Shown here one piece after another: positions 9,619 to 19,031 of a DNA stretch of 64,000 bases. Position 1 is the stretch's first letter. Each line of letters begins with the position of its first letter. The DNA comes from a virus. The notes under the pieces are model-generated. The model was given only the letters and a program-made list of their open reading frames with translations, was not told the DNA's origin and did not search any database. A program made the position numbers and the translations under genes. The DNA lies in UHGV virus genome UHGV-0093367; one strand, written 5' to 3'.

Positions 9619-11459
9619 TTCGCCACCTCCGCTAAAGAAACCAGATATTCTTCTGTACTTGGCATAGGGATTCTGTAATCATCACCGTGACTGTTTTTAA
9701 ATGTCAGTGTACCGCCTGCTTCGACTTCAAGAGGTTCTTGAAATGTATTACCGATGAGGTCGGAAATATCAATGATTTCTTCATTGAACATCGGGTAATA
9801 GACGGTTACAGGATGTTCCTTAAACCACTTCTCAATATCATCTGTAGTTGCATTCTCATCTAATCCAAGATCGGTTATACCAAATTGCCAATAACTACCA
9901 GAATCATTTGCCGATGATATATTTAATCCTCTGTTATTTGTAACTCGTAAACCAAGTTTCATCCTATAACCACTGTTATTAAAGACAATAGTAGGCATAT
10001 ATGTAGTTTCAAAGGATTCATCACCAGTAATTACATATTTGCCTACTCTCTGGATATACTGCTTATTCTCCCAATTCACTTCATTTCTCACATTCCCAGC
10101 TGACCAACCGTAACCAGAAAGATTAAGAATGGCTTGCGGAATTGGATGGGATGTTTTGTGGTATGGAGAATACGCCGGCATTGTGTCTACAGTATATAAT
10201 CCTTCGACAAGATTTATTTCATAAGCATCTAAAAGCATGTTAATTGTGTCCACATTGCCAGGATAACATCCGAATATTTTAATATCATTACTAATATTGG
10301 TTTCAAATGCTGCTAATTGTGTAATATTTTCTCCGTCATCCAACAACCATCTAGCTTGTGCACCAGAATTTATATCATAAATAAAACCAATTGATGCTTT
10401 AGGACGTGTTTTACCATCTTTCAACTTTAAAGTAGCTGTGGCATTTTTATAAATCGGAATACCATAGTAAGCACCTACCGTTATCATTTCATCTAAATTT
10501 AGTAAGTTTCTTCCTTGTTCCACTACTTCATTCACAGGTGCACTCATCAGTTCTCCTGCATTGTACGGATAGTAGTCTGCTGGAAACATAGCTTCAAATT
10601 CTTCGGGTGTGGATGGCTCGTTACCAGAGCCAAACATTTGGGTGAGGTCGAAAACATTAATATATAGCCCACTAATATCTAAAACATCACCTTTGCTTGC
10701 AGCAATAATTATATTTGTACTCCAATCAGTACCTTCATTTGCAGTAAATAAAAAACTATTTATATTTCCGTTTGTAGATGTGCCATATCCGCCAACTCCC
10801 CATTGCATTGAAATGTTTTTATTTTTTTTGATAAGATATTTTCGCCCGTCCCTCTTAAAAAGCACAGATTTAGTTATAGAAAAATCGTTATACTCGGCAG
10901 TATTGCTAATTGTGCCATGAAAATCGTTACTGTTATCATCATTTTTCGTTATATCAATACCATTAAACACAGAAGTATCCATGGGATTTGCTAACTGATT
11001 CCAAACAATCGTCTTGCCGCCAATACTTTTAACGCTTGCCATCTTTGCACCGCTTGGAACCGTTTTTTGATATGCTTCTGCTTCGTCCGTCTGAAATTCA
11101 TAGCTGATACCCTGATTGAGTTTCCAGAGTGCATTAAGTTTTCTGTCGGTTTTGACAAGAGCTGCTTTATCGGCTTTTGATGTTATATCTTCCTTTACAT
11201 TTTCAATTGCGACACCCATTGATGTGAGTTTTTCGCCTACAACTGCTGCATCCGCCGCCTCGCCTGTCTTTGAAAGTGTTTTGTCGAGTGCTACATATGC
11301 TTTCCCCGTAGCTGAATCAATAGTAACTTCGAGGGATTCCGTTGTTTTTTCTTTTGCAGTAATTCCACCTCTCTCCGATTCTGTCGGAGTAGGTGGAATA
11401 AAAATATGTACCGTATCATTTTCACGGTCATAAAATCCTTTTGTTTTCTGCGTTTTCAT
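9615..11459 (-). CDS. Fibre/receptor-binding-like structural protein
   Basis: LDKTLSKTGEAADAAVVG repeat and VKEDI motif, then beta-rich domains (DLTQMFGSGNEPST, GRNLLN). Confidence 0.65.
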   Translation of the reverse strand: MKTQKTKGFYDRENDTVHIFIPPTPTESERGGITAKEKTTESLEVTIDSATGKAYVALDKTLSKTGEAADAAVVGEKLTSMGVAIENVKEDITSKADKAALVKTDRKLNALWKLNQGISYEFQTDEAEAYQKTVPSGAKMASVKSIGGKTIVWNQLANPMDTSVFNGIDITKNDDNSNDFHGTISNTAEYNDFSITKSVLFKRDGRKYLIKKNKNISMQWGVGGYGTSTNGNINSFLFTANEGTDWSTNIIIAASKGDVLDISGLYINVFDLTQMFGSGNEPSTPEEFEAMFPADYYPYNAGELMSAPVNEVVEQGRNLLNLDEMITVGAYYGIPIYKNATATLKLKDGKTRPKASIGFIYDINSGAQARWLLDDGENITQLAAFETNISNDIKIFGCYPGNVDTINMLLDAYEINLVEGLYTVDTMPAYSPYHKTSHPIPQAILNLSGYGWSAGNVRNEVNWENKQYIQRVGKYVITGDESFETTYMPTIVFNNSGYRMKLGLRVTNNRGLNISSANDSGSYWQFGITDLGLDENATTDDIEKWFKEHPVTVYYPMFNEEIIDISDLIGNTFQEPLEVEAGGTLTFKNSHGDDYRIPMPSTEEYLVSLAEVAK

Positions 11460-11531
11460 GTGATTCCTCCATATCTGTTATTTATTGTCAACTGTTTATA
11501 ATGATTAAATGCGCTGTGCCTGCGACTTTAA

Positions 11532-11561
11532 TAATTAACTAAAGCCCTCTTTAGTTAATTA
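11532..11561. repeat. Perfect 13 bp inverted repeat TAATTAACTAAAG-ccct-CTTTAGTTAATTA (candidate recombination site)
   Basis: Read directly. The AATTAACTAAA arm recurs at 9264-9274. Confidence 0.7.
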
Positions 11562-11756
11562 GACAAGCCCACCAGTTTCATCCATATCTTTTAATTTTTC
11601 TTCATATTCATTGATAAGTTTCCTCCATTCTTCGCGCTGCCTTTTAATAGGCTCATAGTCCTCATGGCTTATCACTCCGTCAGCGTGTTTTAATGCTTTG
11701 TAATCTGTGTCTGATAATAAACCTTTTAATGCTGTGATTTCTGCCAAATAATTCAT
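11559..11756 (-). CDS. Fibre assembly chaperone-like protein
   Basis: 65 aa, LLSDTDYKALK..IKRQREEWRKLINE, directly after the fibre gene. Confidence 0.6.
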   Translation of the reverse strand: MNYLAEITALKGLLSDTDYKALKHADGVISHEDYEPIKRQREEWRKLINEYEEKLKDMDETGGLV

Positions 11757-11769
11757 ATTTTCCTCCTTT

Positions 11770-13563
11770 TTATGAGATACGGAAGCAGACGGGCAGCCCC
11801 GCCCAGGTGTTGGAAGCACCGTTGCTGCCGGCATCACCGTGGTTGTAGACAACACAGAAGCTGCCGGTGCTGCCAGCGTAAGCAGAGATCAGCCACCAGT
11901 CGTTGCGGCCACCTCCGTCACCCAGTCCTTTTACACGCCTCATATTGCAATTGAATATTGGATACTGGATAAATCCGCCTTTATCTAGTGCGTTGTTGGC
12001 CCACACGCCATATCCGTACACTTCTACCTCGGACGGAATCCAAAGTTTACCCATATCCTGCCAACCCCAGTCGTTGGCGTTTAACAGCACACCTGATATA
12101 GAGTATCGTTTCGGGATCAGCGCACGTTTGGTCACAATTACAGCTTTTAAGGCTTCCGGAAGTTTTGACCAAATACCATCTTTTGTATAGTCTACCAGTT
12201 TTACCGGTGATGTTTTATTTGTACCGCCTGCCACATGACCCTTTAAACTGTTCGCATACAAATACAGGTCTGAAGCCAACCACGGGTATTCGGAACCAGT
12301 TCCGGTTACTACAATATTGTTTGTGCCTGCTGCCGGTGCAGCAGCAAATGTGATTGTATGCGTGTCTGCATCATAGGTGTATGCCGTTGTAGCAGTGCCC
12401 CCGATTGTCATGCTTGCGACAGCTGCCATTTCGTTTGTCAGTACAAAAGCTGTTTTCGTGCCGTCACCGGACAGGTTCTCAGTTGGGATGATACCGTTGT
12501 TGTATTTAACCGGGTTCATTACATGCAGTGTCGGCCACAGGTCTTTACTGATGAAGTCAATGTGGTTTGGTACTTCACGGTCACCGCACCTCTTATAGGT
12601 GTTGATACCAGCAACATGTGACTCAATCCATTTGTTATCTGTGGTCTGCCAGCGGATATAATCATTTACATGAATACCCGCAAAGTTCCCTGCCTCGATT
12701 CTAGCTTTGATCCACTGCCAGATGTCAGAATACTTTTTAATTTCTTCTGCAAACTTAATTGAAAGATCAACACCATCATAAATTCTGTCTAATTCTTGTA
12801 TGCTCTCTATATCTTCCTTTAGCGAATTAGTTATTTCTCCAACTGCGCCTGCATCAGCGGCATATCCAGTCTTCGTGAGAGTGCTATCAAGGTTGATACC
12901 TTTATTAAGTTCCATTTTTTGATCAGACCCAAACTCAAGGCAGTTTGTTTCTTCGTTGTAATCTACACTTACTGGAAACATCGGAACGATATCGCCAGAT
13001 TCGTTAATTCCGGCAATCTTGCCAGAGTTTTCCGAACCTTGGTTCTTATTCAACTTATTTGATATATCAGCTGACAATTCTGTGATTTTATCTCCGGTAG
13101 CCTTTGCGTCAGCAGCTTCTCCAGATACGCTCAGAGTTTTGTCTGTTTCGGAAAGATAATTGTCTGGAATTTTAGTCAAGAATCCAGAATCATTCTGCAA
13201 GTCACTGGTTTTGCTTGGAATCTTTGTATCAGCCGGCAACGCTCCAACTTCTTCAGCTGTATATGTCGGCTTGTTCTGCTGTTTTACCCAATCCGCCAAT
13301 TCGCTTGATTTAATGTAAAGCGACATATCAATCGGGGCGCCCATAGTATCCCATACTACCCCATTCCACGCCACGTTCATTCCTGCTTCGCCATAAATAG
13401 ATTTAGACTCGATATTGTACATATCTCCGATGTCTGGATTTAATGGGAGCAAATCAGCAGTCGCAACTGTACCTCTGTATCTTACAGGGCTATTTAATTT
13501 TGCTTCCATATCGGAAATCTGGTGTTTTAATATTGCATATACTTTTTTTGCTGTTAATGCCAT
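11770..13563 (-). CDS. Fibre/adhesin with C-terminal DUF6273/C-type-lectin-like domain
   Basis: Two DxTL..G.AADA..G repeats and SLKEDI. The C-terminus reads KLWIPSEVEVYG..YPIF..WWLISAY..SFCVV..G.A....AS...GLPVCFRI. Confidence 0.75.
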   Translation of the reverse strand: MALTAKKVYAILKHQISDMEAKLNSPVRYRGTVATADLLPLNPDIGDMYNIESKSIYGEAGMNVAWNGVVWDTMGAPIDMSLYIKSSELADWVKQQNKPTYTAEEVGALPADTKIPSKTSDLQNDSGFLTKIPDNYLSETDKTLSVSGEAADAKATGDKITELSADISNKLNKNQGSENSGKIAGINESGDIVPMFPVSVDYNEETNCLEFGSDQKMELNKGINLDSTLTKTGYAADAGAVGEITNSLKEDIESIQELDRIYDGVDLSIKFAEEIKKYSDIWQWIKARIEAGNFAGIHVNDYIRWQTTDNKWIESHVAGINTYKRCGDREVPNHIDFISKDLWPTLHVMNPVKYNNGIIPTENLSGDGTKTAFVLTNEMAAVASMTIGGTATTAYTYDADTHTITFAAAPAAGTNNIVVTGTGSEYPWLASDLYLYANSLKGHVAGGTNKTSPVKLVDYTKDGIWSKLPEALKAVIVTKRALIPKRYSISGVLLNANDWGWQDMGKLWIPSEVEVYGYGVWANNALDKGGFIQYPIFNCNMRRVKGLGDGGGRNDWWLISAYAGSTGSFCVVYNHGDAGSNGASNTWAGLPVCFRIS

Positions 13564-13576
13564 ATGCACTTCTCCT

Positions 13577-13819
13577 TTACAGTTTGTACCATGTATCGGT
13601 AGGTTTGTGATATTCGTATAATTCAGCGGTATCAAGGCACAATGCCGAAGAACCACTCTCTACATAATGTGGGAGCTTTGACACATCTTTTGAAAGCCCC
13701 TCGTAATCACGAACCATGCCTCTTGCGTCTGTACATACCCAACTGCCTAAATCCGGCAATTCGTCCCCGGGATTGTACTTGATTCCATCAAAAATAACTG
13801 TGTTTTTTGCTTTTGCCAT
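13577..13819 (-). CDS. Conserved hypothetical phage protein
   Basis: 80 aa, abuts the upstream gene (GSSALCLDTAELYEY). Confidence 0.5.
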   Translation of the reverse strand: MAKAKNTVIFDGIKYNPGDELPDLGSWVCTDARGMVRDYEGLSKDVSKLPHYVESGSSALCLDTAELYEYHKPTDTWYKL

Positions 13820-14206
13820 CTATGCAATCATCCTTTCTGCCCCGATAGGAGCCACATATGTGAACTGGTTTCCTAAAATATCTCTGGCTGTGCCAATAAC
13901 AAACTGTCCATAGTCTGCCAGAAGATTGCAACACCATTCTTCTGCATCAACCCAATACCGTTTCTTGACCATGCGGTGAAGTTCTGGCAATAGACCGTAG
14001 CTGAACATCACGCAATGACCTAATTCATGAATAAACACACGGTTTAGAAGCTCTCCATGAAGGTTATTTGCGATTGAAATAATATGGGTGGAATAATCCG
14101 ATACTCCAAGCGTTCTATTGCCTGTGCGGTCAATTAACACGCTGTCGTGCGGAGATACGAACTGCACTCTCCATAGGTCTCCGTTCATATAAAATTGTCT
14201 TAGCAT
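13820..14206 (-). CDS. Putative zinc metallopeptidase (HEXXH)
   Basis: RVFIHELGHCVM with a downstream EEW third ligand; ImmA/IrrE-like. Confidence 0.65.
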   Translation of the reverse strand: MLRQFYMNGDLWRVQFVSPHDSVLIDRTGNRTLGVSDYSTHIISIANNLHGELLNRVFIHELGHCVMFSYGLLPELHRMVKKRYWVDAEEWCCNLLADYGQFVIGTARDILGNQFTYVAPIGAERMIA

Positions 14207-14224
14207 GGCTTATCACCATCCTTT

Positions 14225-14574
14225 TCAAATTAAATCAAGTTCTTGGAATACTTTAAAAATCTTTGGAGATTGAATTGCAAACCAATCAACCATTTCTTCG
14301 TTCGTAGCCCATGCTCCATAAAAATTGGCAGGCAAAGAATCAAGTCCACTTTCAAATAAAAAAGCATGAACAATTTCATGACGTAGAATGTTTTTCTTCC
14401 AATTTTCGTAGTCTCTTAATTCACAATCATCTTTTTATTGCACACTATAATTTCGTGCGCAGACATATCTGTGTATCCATCTCTGCCTTTTCCATCAAGT
14501 AAATCGTCGTCTTTTTCATTCCTGAAATATATTTTGTACTCAGTTCCTAAAATATTTACAGTCAAATTTTCCAT
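14225..14574 (-). pseudogene. Second HEXXH metallopeptidase-like gene, frameshifted in an A-run at ~14432-14436
   Basis: MENLTVNILGTEYKI..CNKK continues in another frame as DDCELRDYENWKKNILRHEIVHAFLFESGLDS..NEEMVDWFA. Confidence 0.75.
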
Positions 14575-14576
14575 AA

Positions 14577-14738
14577 TTAATCCTCGAATTTCATTACGAA
14601 TTTTCCACCACATTCACATTTTTCATGACAGTCATATACATTCCAATTAGTTGTTGATTTGTCAGCACTTGGTTTCTGTGGTTTTCCGCATTTCTCACAA
14701 ATCATTTTAATTTTGACTTCTGCTTTTTTTCTCGGCAT
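14577..14738 (-). CDS. Small zinc-ribbon protein
   Basis: CEKCG..CECGG, with a GGAGG RBS. Confidence 0.55.
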   Translation of the reverse strand: MPRKKAEVKIKMICEKCGKPQKPSADKSTTNWNVYDCHEKCECGGKFVMKFED

Positions 14739-14806
14739 ATTATGTACCTCCATAACTAAAAAGCCCCTGCTACATTCCTGTAACAAGGGCAAAATTCATT
14801 TCATAT

Positions 14807-15433
14807 TCAATTCATCTGCTGTATAAAACGTGTCAAGTCAGTTTTCATCTGCTGTCTGATTGATGCGTCTGCATCATCCCACATTTCTTTCATATTGCGG
14901 ATGATATCTTCTGTATACTCTTTCATGGAATCATCCATTTTTCTCTTAGATTCAGCGTCTTTGGAATCGTGATAATGTCTGCGATTCTCACTGTATCTGT
15001 CGTAGGTTTCACCGTATCTGGACTGCCTATTGTTCATACCGTCCATTCTCATATCACTACGGTCTGGATGATAACCCATGCGGTACATATTACGTTCAAA
15101 CTCTGGATTGCTCGGATATTCACTTACCCAGTCGTCATCCTGCATATGGAGATACGGCATATATCCCATTCGGCTTCCTCTGCCTTTTGGTGCAAATCTA
15201 CCGTTTGCATAACGATATCTGTCATATCCCATGCGTCCAAGATACTTCTCTTCCTGTTCGCATTCGTCCATAGCTTCTACGATTCTGTAATCTTTATCTG
15301 CGCAAATCGCACACTTTACAGCTTCCATGCAATCTTTCAAATCGTCCCAGTCTTGAGCAGTAAGGTTATCAAAGCCATGTGCTTTAGCTTTTTCCATAGC
15401 CCATTTGCCCATTTCCATTGCAACTTTATGCAT
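14807..15433 (-). CDS. Hypothetical protein, last gene of the five-gene module
   Basis: 208 aa, Met/Arg/Asp-rich, RYRYANGRFAPKGRG. Confidence 0.7.
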   Translation of the reverse strand: MHKVAMEMGKWAMEKAKAHGFDNLTAQDWDDLKDCMEAVKCAICADKDYRIVEAMDECEQEEKYLGRMGYDRYRYANGRFAPKGRGSRMGYMPYLHMQDDDWVSEYPSNPEFERNMYRMGYHPDRSDMRMDGMNNRQSRYGETYDRYSENRRHYHDSKDAESKRKMDDSMKEYTEDIIRNMKEMWDDADASIRQQMKTDLTRFIQQMN

Positions 15434-15858
15434 TACAGTTCCCCCTTTCTGGCAGCCTGTGTAACAGGTGTATCTGTCGTTGGGGCTGTACCATTAATTG
15501 CTGTTAAATTGTTACTCGGACTACAAGCCGGATTTCCTAACATCTTGAATACTCCGCCAGTTGCGCTTGTTGCTACTCTTGTTGCGTACTTCGTTCTGGT
15601 TCTTACGCCACAAGCTGTAACCTGTGCACAGCAACGATTCTGTAATGGATATAAGGTTGTTCCCGTTCCTATCTGAATCATTACTGGGGCGGTAATCGTA
15701 GTGGCTTCTGGTATGCTCTGCGCGATCACAATGCAATACTTCTCTCCGTTATTGTAACTGCCTGCCGGAAGTGTGATTACAAGGTTGCCACCAGTAAACG
15801 ATACAGACGTTGACAGAATCAGTTTCGAACAAAGCGAACATACATTCTTGCAACTCAT
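15433..15858 (-). CDS. Cys-rich beta protein of the five-gene module
   Basis: MSCKNVCSLCSKLILS..KYCIVIAQSIP..NRCCAQVTACGVRTRTKY. Confidence 0.7.
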   Translation of the reverse strand: MSCKNVCSLCSKLILSTSVSFTGGNLVITLPAGSYNNGEKYCIVIAQSIPEATTITAPVMIQIGTGTTLYPLQNRCCAQVTACGVRTRTKYATRVATSATGGVFKMLGNPACSPSNNLTAINGTAPTTDTPVTQAARKGEL

Positions 15859-15859
15859 T

Positions 15860-16879
15860 TTATTTACCTCCATTCTTTAAGTACTGCTCGATTTTGTTAA
15901 TATCTTTTCCCCTAAAAGTTTCATATCCTCTATGATATCTTCCGTACATCTTTCCGTAATTTTCTCCTATAACATCGCACCACTCTTTTAGATTTTTTGT
16001 GATTCCAAAGAAAGTGAAATATATGCTGTTCCTTTTATTATTTGCTTGTTCTGCGTTAGTTGACCACTGGCAATTGTTTGGTTCGTAATTTCCATTTACA
16101 TTGATACGGTCAATCGTTAAACTATCAGTGTAGCCATTCTTTATAGACCAATTGTAGAAATTATCAAAGCCATGTTCTCCTAGCCATTCAGGGCATATAT
16201 TGATTCCACGACCACCGTAATCCTTGTACCTACGATCATTTAGGTTATAACATCTGTTCTTCATGTTGTGATAAATATTGTATATCCTTGTGTGCGTCAT
16301 TCCGTGAGTGGTTTCTCTTTCAGAAAGTATAGCTTTTTGCAAACAACCACATGACAATGAGCGTCCGCTTAATAGACTATCGGCATTTACTGCTTTAATT
16401 TTACCGCAATCGCATTTACAAAGATACGATAGCTTTCTATTTTTGCGTTCTACTTTTTCTAAAACAGTCCATCTTCCGTATTTTTTTCCTACTAAATCCG
16501 ACCTTGAGTTTGGACATGAACCACATGTGTTTATATAGTTCGCTTTCAAGTGACTTGCTGTTCTTAGGCAAGTATTCCCGCAATCGCATCGGCATAACCA
16601 TAATGGAATTTTTCTCTTTCCGTTGGTAGAACCTTCACGCTTAATTACATATAACTTACCAAACCTTTTCCCTGTTAAGTCTACATAAGCTTTTCTTCCG
16701 CACTTTCCACAGCTGCTATAATCATTACTTTTCAATGCACTTCTTGTCCTTGTTACATCGTTTCCACAATCGCAATGGCACTCCCATAAATAAGAGCCAT
16801 TTGCCGATTTTTTACTCGATCTTCTAACGACCGTCAATTTGCCAAATCTTTGTCCTGTCAAATCATTTATTTTTGTCAT
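15860..16879 (-). CDS. Free-standing HNH-like homing endonuclease with three Zn-binding repeats
   Basis: Three DLTG.RFGKL.V..W.C.CDCG repeats, then MKNRCYN..YGGRGI..TIDRINVNGNYEPNNCQW. Confidence 0.8.
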   Translation of the reverse strand: MTKINDLTGQRFGKLTVVRRSSKKSANGSYLWECHCDCGNDVTRTRSALKSNDYSSCGKCGRKAYVDLTGKRFGKLYVIKREGSTNGKRKIPLWLCRCDCGNTCLRTASHLKANYINTCGSCPNSRSDLVGKKYGRWTVLEKVERKNRKLSYLCKCDCGKIKAVNADSLLSGRSLSCGCLQKAILSERETTHGMTHTRIYNIYHNMKNRCYNLNDRRYKDYGGRGINICPEWLGEHGFDNFYNWSIKNGYTDSLTIDRINVNGNYEPNNCQWSTNAEQANNKRNSIYFTFFGITKNLKEWCDVIGENYGKMYGRYHRGYETFRGKDINKIEQYLKNGGK

Positions 16880-16988
16880 GTGCTGTCAATCTCCTTAATT
16901 AAGTTTAATTAAATCATAACATATGTTCTATTTGACTACAACAAAAAACTGTGTTAAACTTAATTAAATTTCAGAAAGGATGTGTGAC

Positions 16989-17159
16989 ATGTCAAAAAAT
17001 GAACTAAAAAATAGAGTTCGATTTTCAACTACTCTTGAACTATGCACAAACAAAAAACTTAAAGATTTTTCTCAAAAAACAGAAATTCCGATCAGTAAAA
17101 TCGTAAACAATGCAATCAATGAATACATCGAAAGAAAGGAAGCTCAAAATAAGAGGTGA
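16989..17159 (+). CDS. Ribbon-helix-helix DNA-binding protein
   Basis: 56 aa MSKNELKNRVRFSTTL..LKDFSQKTEIPISKIVNNAI with an AGAAAGGA RBS. Not in the ORF track. Confidence 0.7.
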   Translation: MSKNELKNRVRFSTTLELCTNKKLKDFSQKTEIPISKIVNNAINEYIERKEAQNKR

Positions 17160-17207
17160 GCCGGAACCCACCTCTTAGAATTTAGTCAACCTCTAAGGGT
17201 GAGTTAC

Positions 17208-18017
17208 TTAGCAGCAACCACTGTTGCATCCACATCCACCATAATAAGTGTTCGGATTAGGAACAACGTATGCCGGGATAGCTGCCGGATTGATTGCATT
17301 AATGAGCTGCTGTGTCTGAGAAGCCATTGCAGTTGTAAGCAATGCACTCTGGCGATCCTGAGAAGCAGCACGTCTGAGGTCATTGTTTTCAGCCTGCAAG
17401 TTAGAAATCTTTTCATTGCAAAGATAGTCAAGAATCGCTCTAGCATTGCTGTTCTGGTTTTCGATAAGGTCTCTGGTGTTGTTGTTCATTGTGTTCTGGA
17501 GAGCGCAAGTGTTGGTAGCCATATCATATCTGATCTGAGCCTGTCCTTCCCTGTTGTCGCAGCAACACTGAGCTAACTGAGACTGTAATGCGTTGGTGTT
17601 CTGCATATTGGCTACAGTGTCAGCATTAATTGCCTGCTGAACGCCATTGAAGCCCTGAAGCATTCCAACGTTCACGCCATTGAAGCCACTCTGCATGGTA
17701 TTGTTGAGAGCATACGTGCTATCGCAAATACCCTGCTGAATACCTCTGATACCGTTCTGAATATCGTTAAGAGCAAAACTCTCGCTAATATCTGAACGGG
17801 TTGCCCATCCCTGGAATCCGGCACCATTTGCACCGTTTCCACCATTGCCGCCGAAGCCGCCGCCCCAGCCGCCAAAACCTCCCCATCCAAAGATGGCAAA
17901 GATCAGGACGAGCCAGATAAGTGAAAAGCCATCACCGCCCCACATATCATTGGCGCGATTATTAGAGCCTGTAGCGGCAGCAATGTCGCTAAGACTATAA
18001 TTTGAACCATTCATCAT
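17208..18017 (-). CDS. Membrane-anchored Gly-rich/coiled-coil protein of unknown function
   Basis: TM segment LIWLVLIFAIFGWGG, Gly tract, Asn/Gln coiled coil with CCC, C-terminal GCGCNSGCC. Confidence 0.75.
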   Translation of the reverse strand: MMNGSNYSLSDIAAATGSNNRANDMWGGDGFSLIWLVLIFAIFGWGGFGGWGGGFGGNGGNGANGAGFQGWATRSDISESFALNDIQNGIRGIQQGICDSTYALNNTMQSGFNGVNVGMLQGFNGVQQAINADTVANMQNTNALQSQLAQCCCDNREGQAQIRYDMATNTCALQNTMNNNTRDLIENQNSNARAILDYLCNEKISNLQAENNDLRRAASQDRQSALLTTAMASQTQQLINAINPAAIPAYVVPNPNTYYGGCGCNSGCC

Positions 18018-18114
18018 GTTTTTAGTCTCCTTAAAATTTTATTTACAATAGGAGACATCCGCGGCTGTCGTCCCGAATTGTAGCGATTTTTAATCACCCA
18101 ATTGTGGGGAAGTG

Positions 18115-18360
18115 TTATAATCCAAGGAATTTTTGTATAATTCCGTCTGGAGATAAATGTTTTTCGTTGAATACATTTTGCTGTATTTGATGTAACTGGT
18201 CTGTATCACCTTTTTGGTATAAATCCAATGCATTCTTCAATGTTGGATTATTTCCTGCAAATTTACTCATATCGTTCATCATGTTATCAACACTCCCGAA
18301 CCTCTGAGAAATCATTTTCTCAAATTGCTTTTTCATCATGGCGTTTGGGTTGAAATTCAT
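18115..18360 (-). CDS. Hypothetical protein of the five-gene module
   Basis: 81 aa, Met/Asn/Gln-rich (NNPTLKNAL). Confidence 0.65.
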   Translation of the reverse strand: MNFNPNAMMKKQFEKMISQRFGSVDNMMNDMSKFAGNNPTLKNALDLYQKGDTDQLHQIQQNVFNEKHLSPDGIIQKFLGL

Positions 18361-18854
18361 CTCTGCCTACCTCCATTTTGCTTAGGTTCTGGTGTTCCCG
18401 GCATCTGCGTCGGAAACATATTCTTTATTTCAGAAATCTCCGAACAAACATCATTCCGAAGCTGATTAAACATTGCTTCAATGTCAATCTGCTTTTCATC
18501 TTGCTTAGATTGCTGTTCGTCTGGATTTACGAGTCGGTAAACAAAAATCCTGCTTCTTCCATCGGATTGAAGCTGTTTTCTGTAAATTTCAGTTCCGTCT
18601 GTTTTTGGATAGTAAACAGGATTGCCGGACATATCCACGTCTTTAGCCTTTACAGTATCAATCCCATCCACCATCTGTCCTTGAAGCATAGGTGATTGCG
18701 GAACCGGCTGTAACTGTTGCATCTGCATTTGACCATAAGGCATTGCCTGTTGGTAATTATTCTGCAATTGCGCCAGCCTGTCCTGATACGGCTGTATTTG
18801 CCCGTATGGATTGTTTATCATTGGCTGTTGCGGATAATACGGATAACCTGCCAT
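18357..18854 (-). CDS. Hypothetical protein with Gln/Pro/Tyr-rich N-terminus, five-gene module
   Basis: MAGYPYYPQQPM..VDMSGNPVYYPKTDGTEIYRKQ. Confidence 0.7.
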   Translation of the reverse strand: MAGYPYYPQQPMINNPYGQIQPYQDRLAQLQNNYQQAMPYGQMQMQQLQPVPQSPMLQGQMVDGIDTVKAKDVDMSGNPVYYPKTDGTEIYRKQLQSDGRSRIFVYRLVNPDEQQSKQDEKQIDIEAMFNQLRNDVCSEISEIKNMFPTQMPGTPEPKQNGGRQR

Positions 18855-18975
18855 AATCTGTTCCTCCTATCCGGGATTCAAGAATCATATCCATATCATC
18901 TATGGAACGATGCTTTTCCCATATACCCTCGTAAGGGTTTCTTAACATAATCATTGTGTTTTCTCCTATGATTAT

Positions 18976-19031
18976 ATTATATAGGAAGGAACTCTGTTTT
19001 TGAACGTCACTATTTCGCCACGTTTTCGCCA
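18976..19031 (-). promoter_or_regulatory. Promoter of the five-gene module with 11 bp-period direct repeats
   Basis: TGGCGAAAACG-TGGCGAAATAG-TGACG overlaps the HTH gene stop and precedes TATAAT (18976-18981). No consensus -35. Confidence 0.55.

Noticed and set aside
11770..13563. Complete diversity-generating retroelement
   Set aside because: No reverse transcriptase, Avd or template repeat was found in the window.
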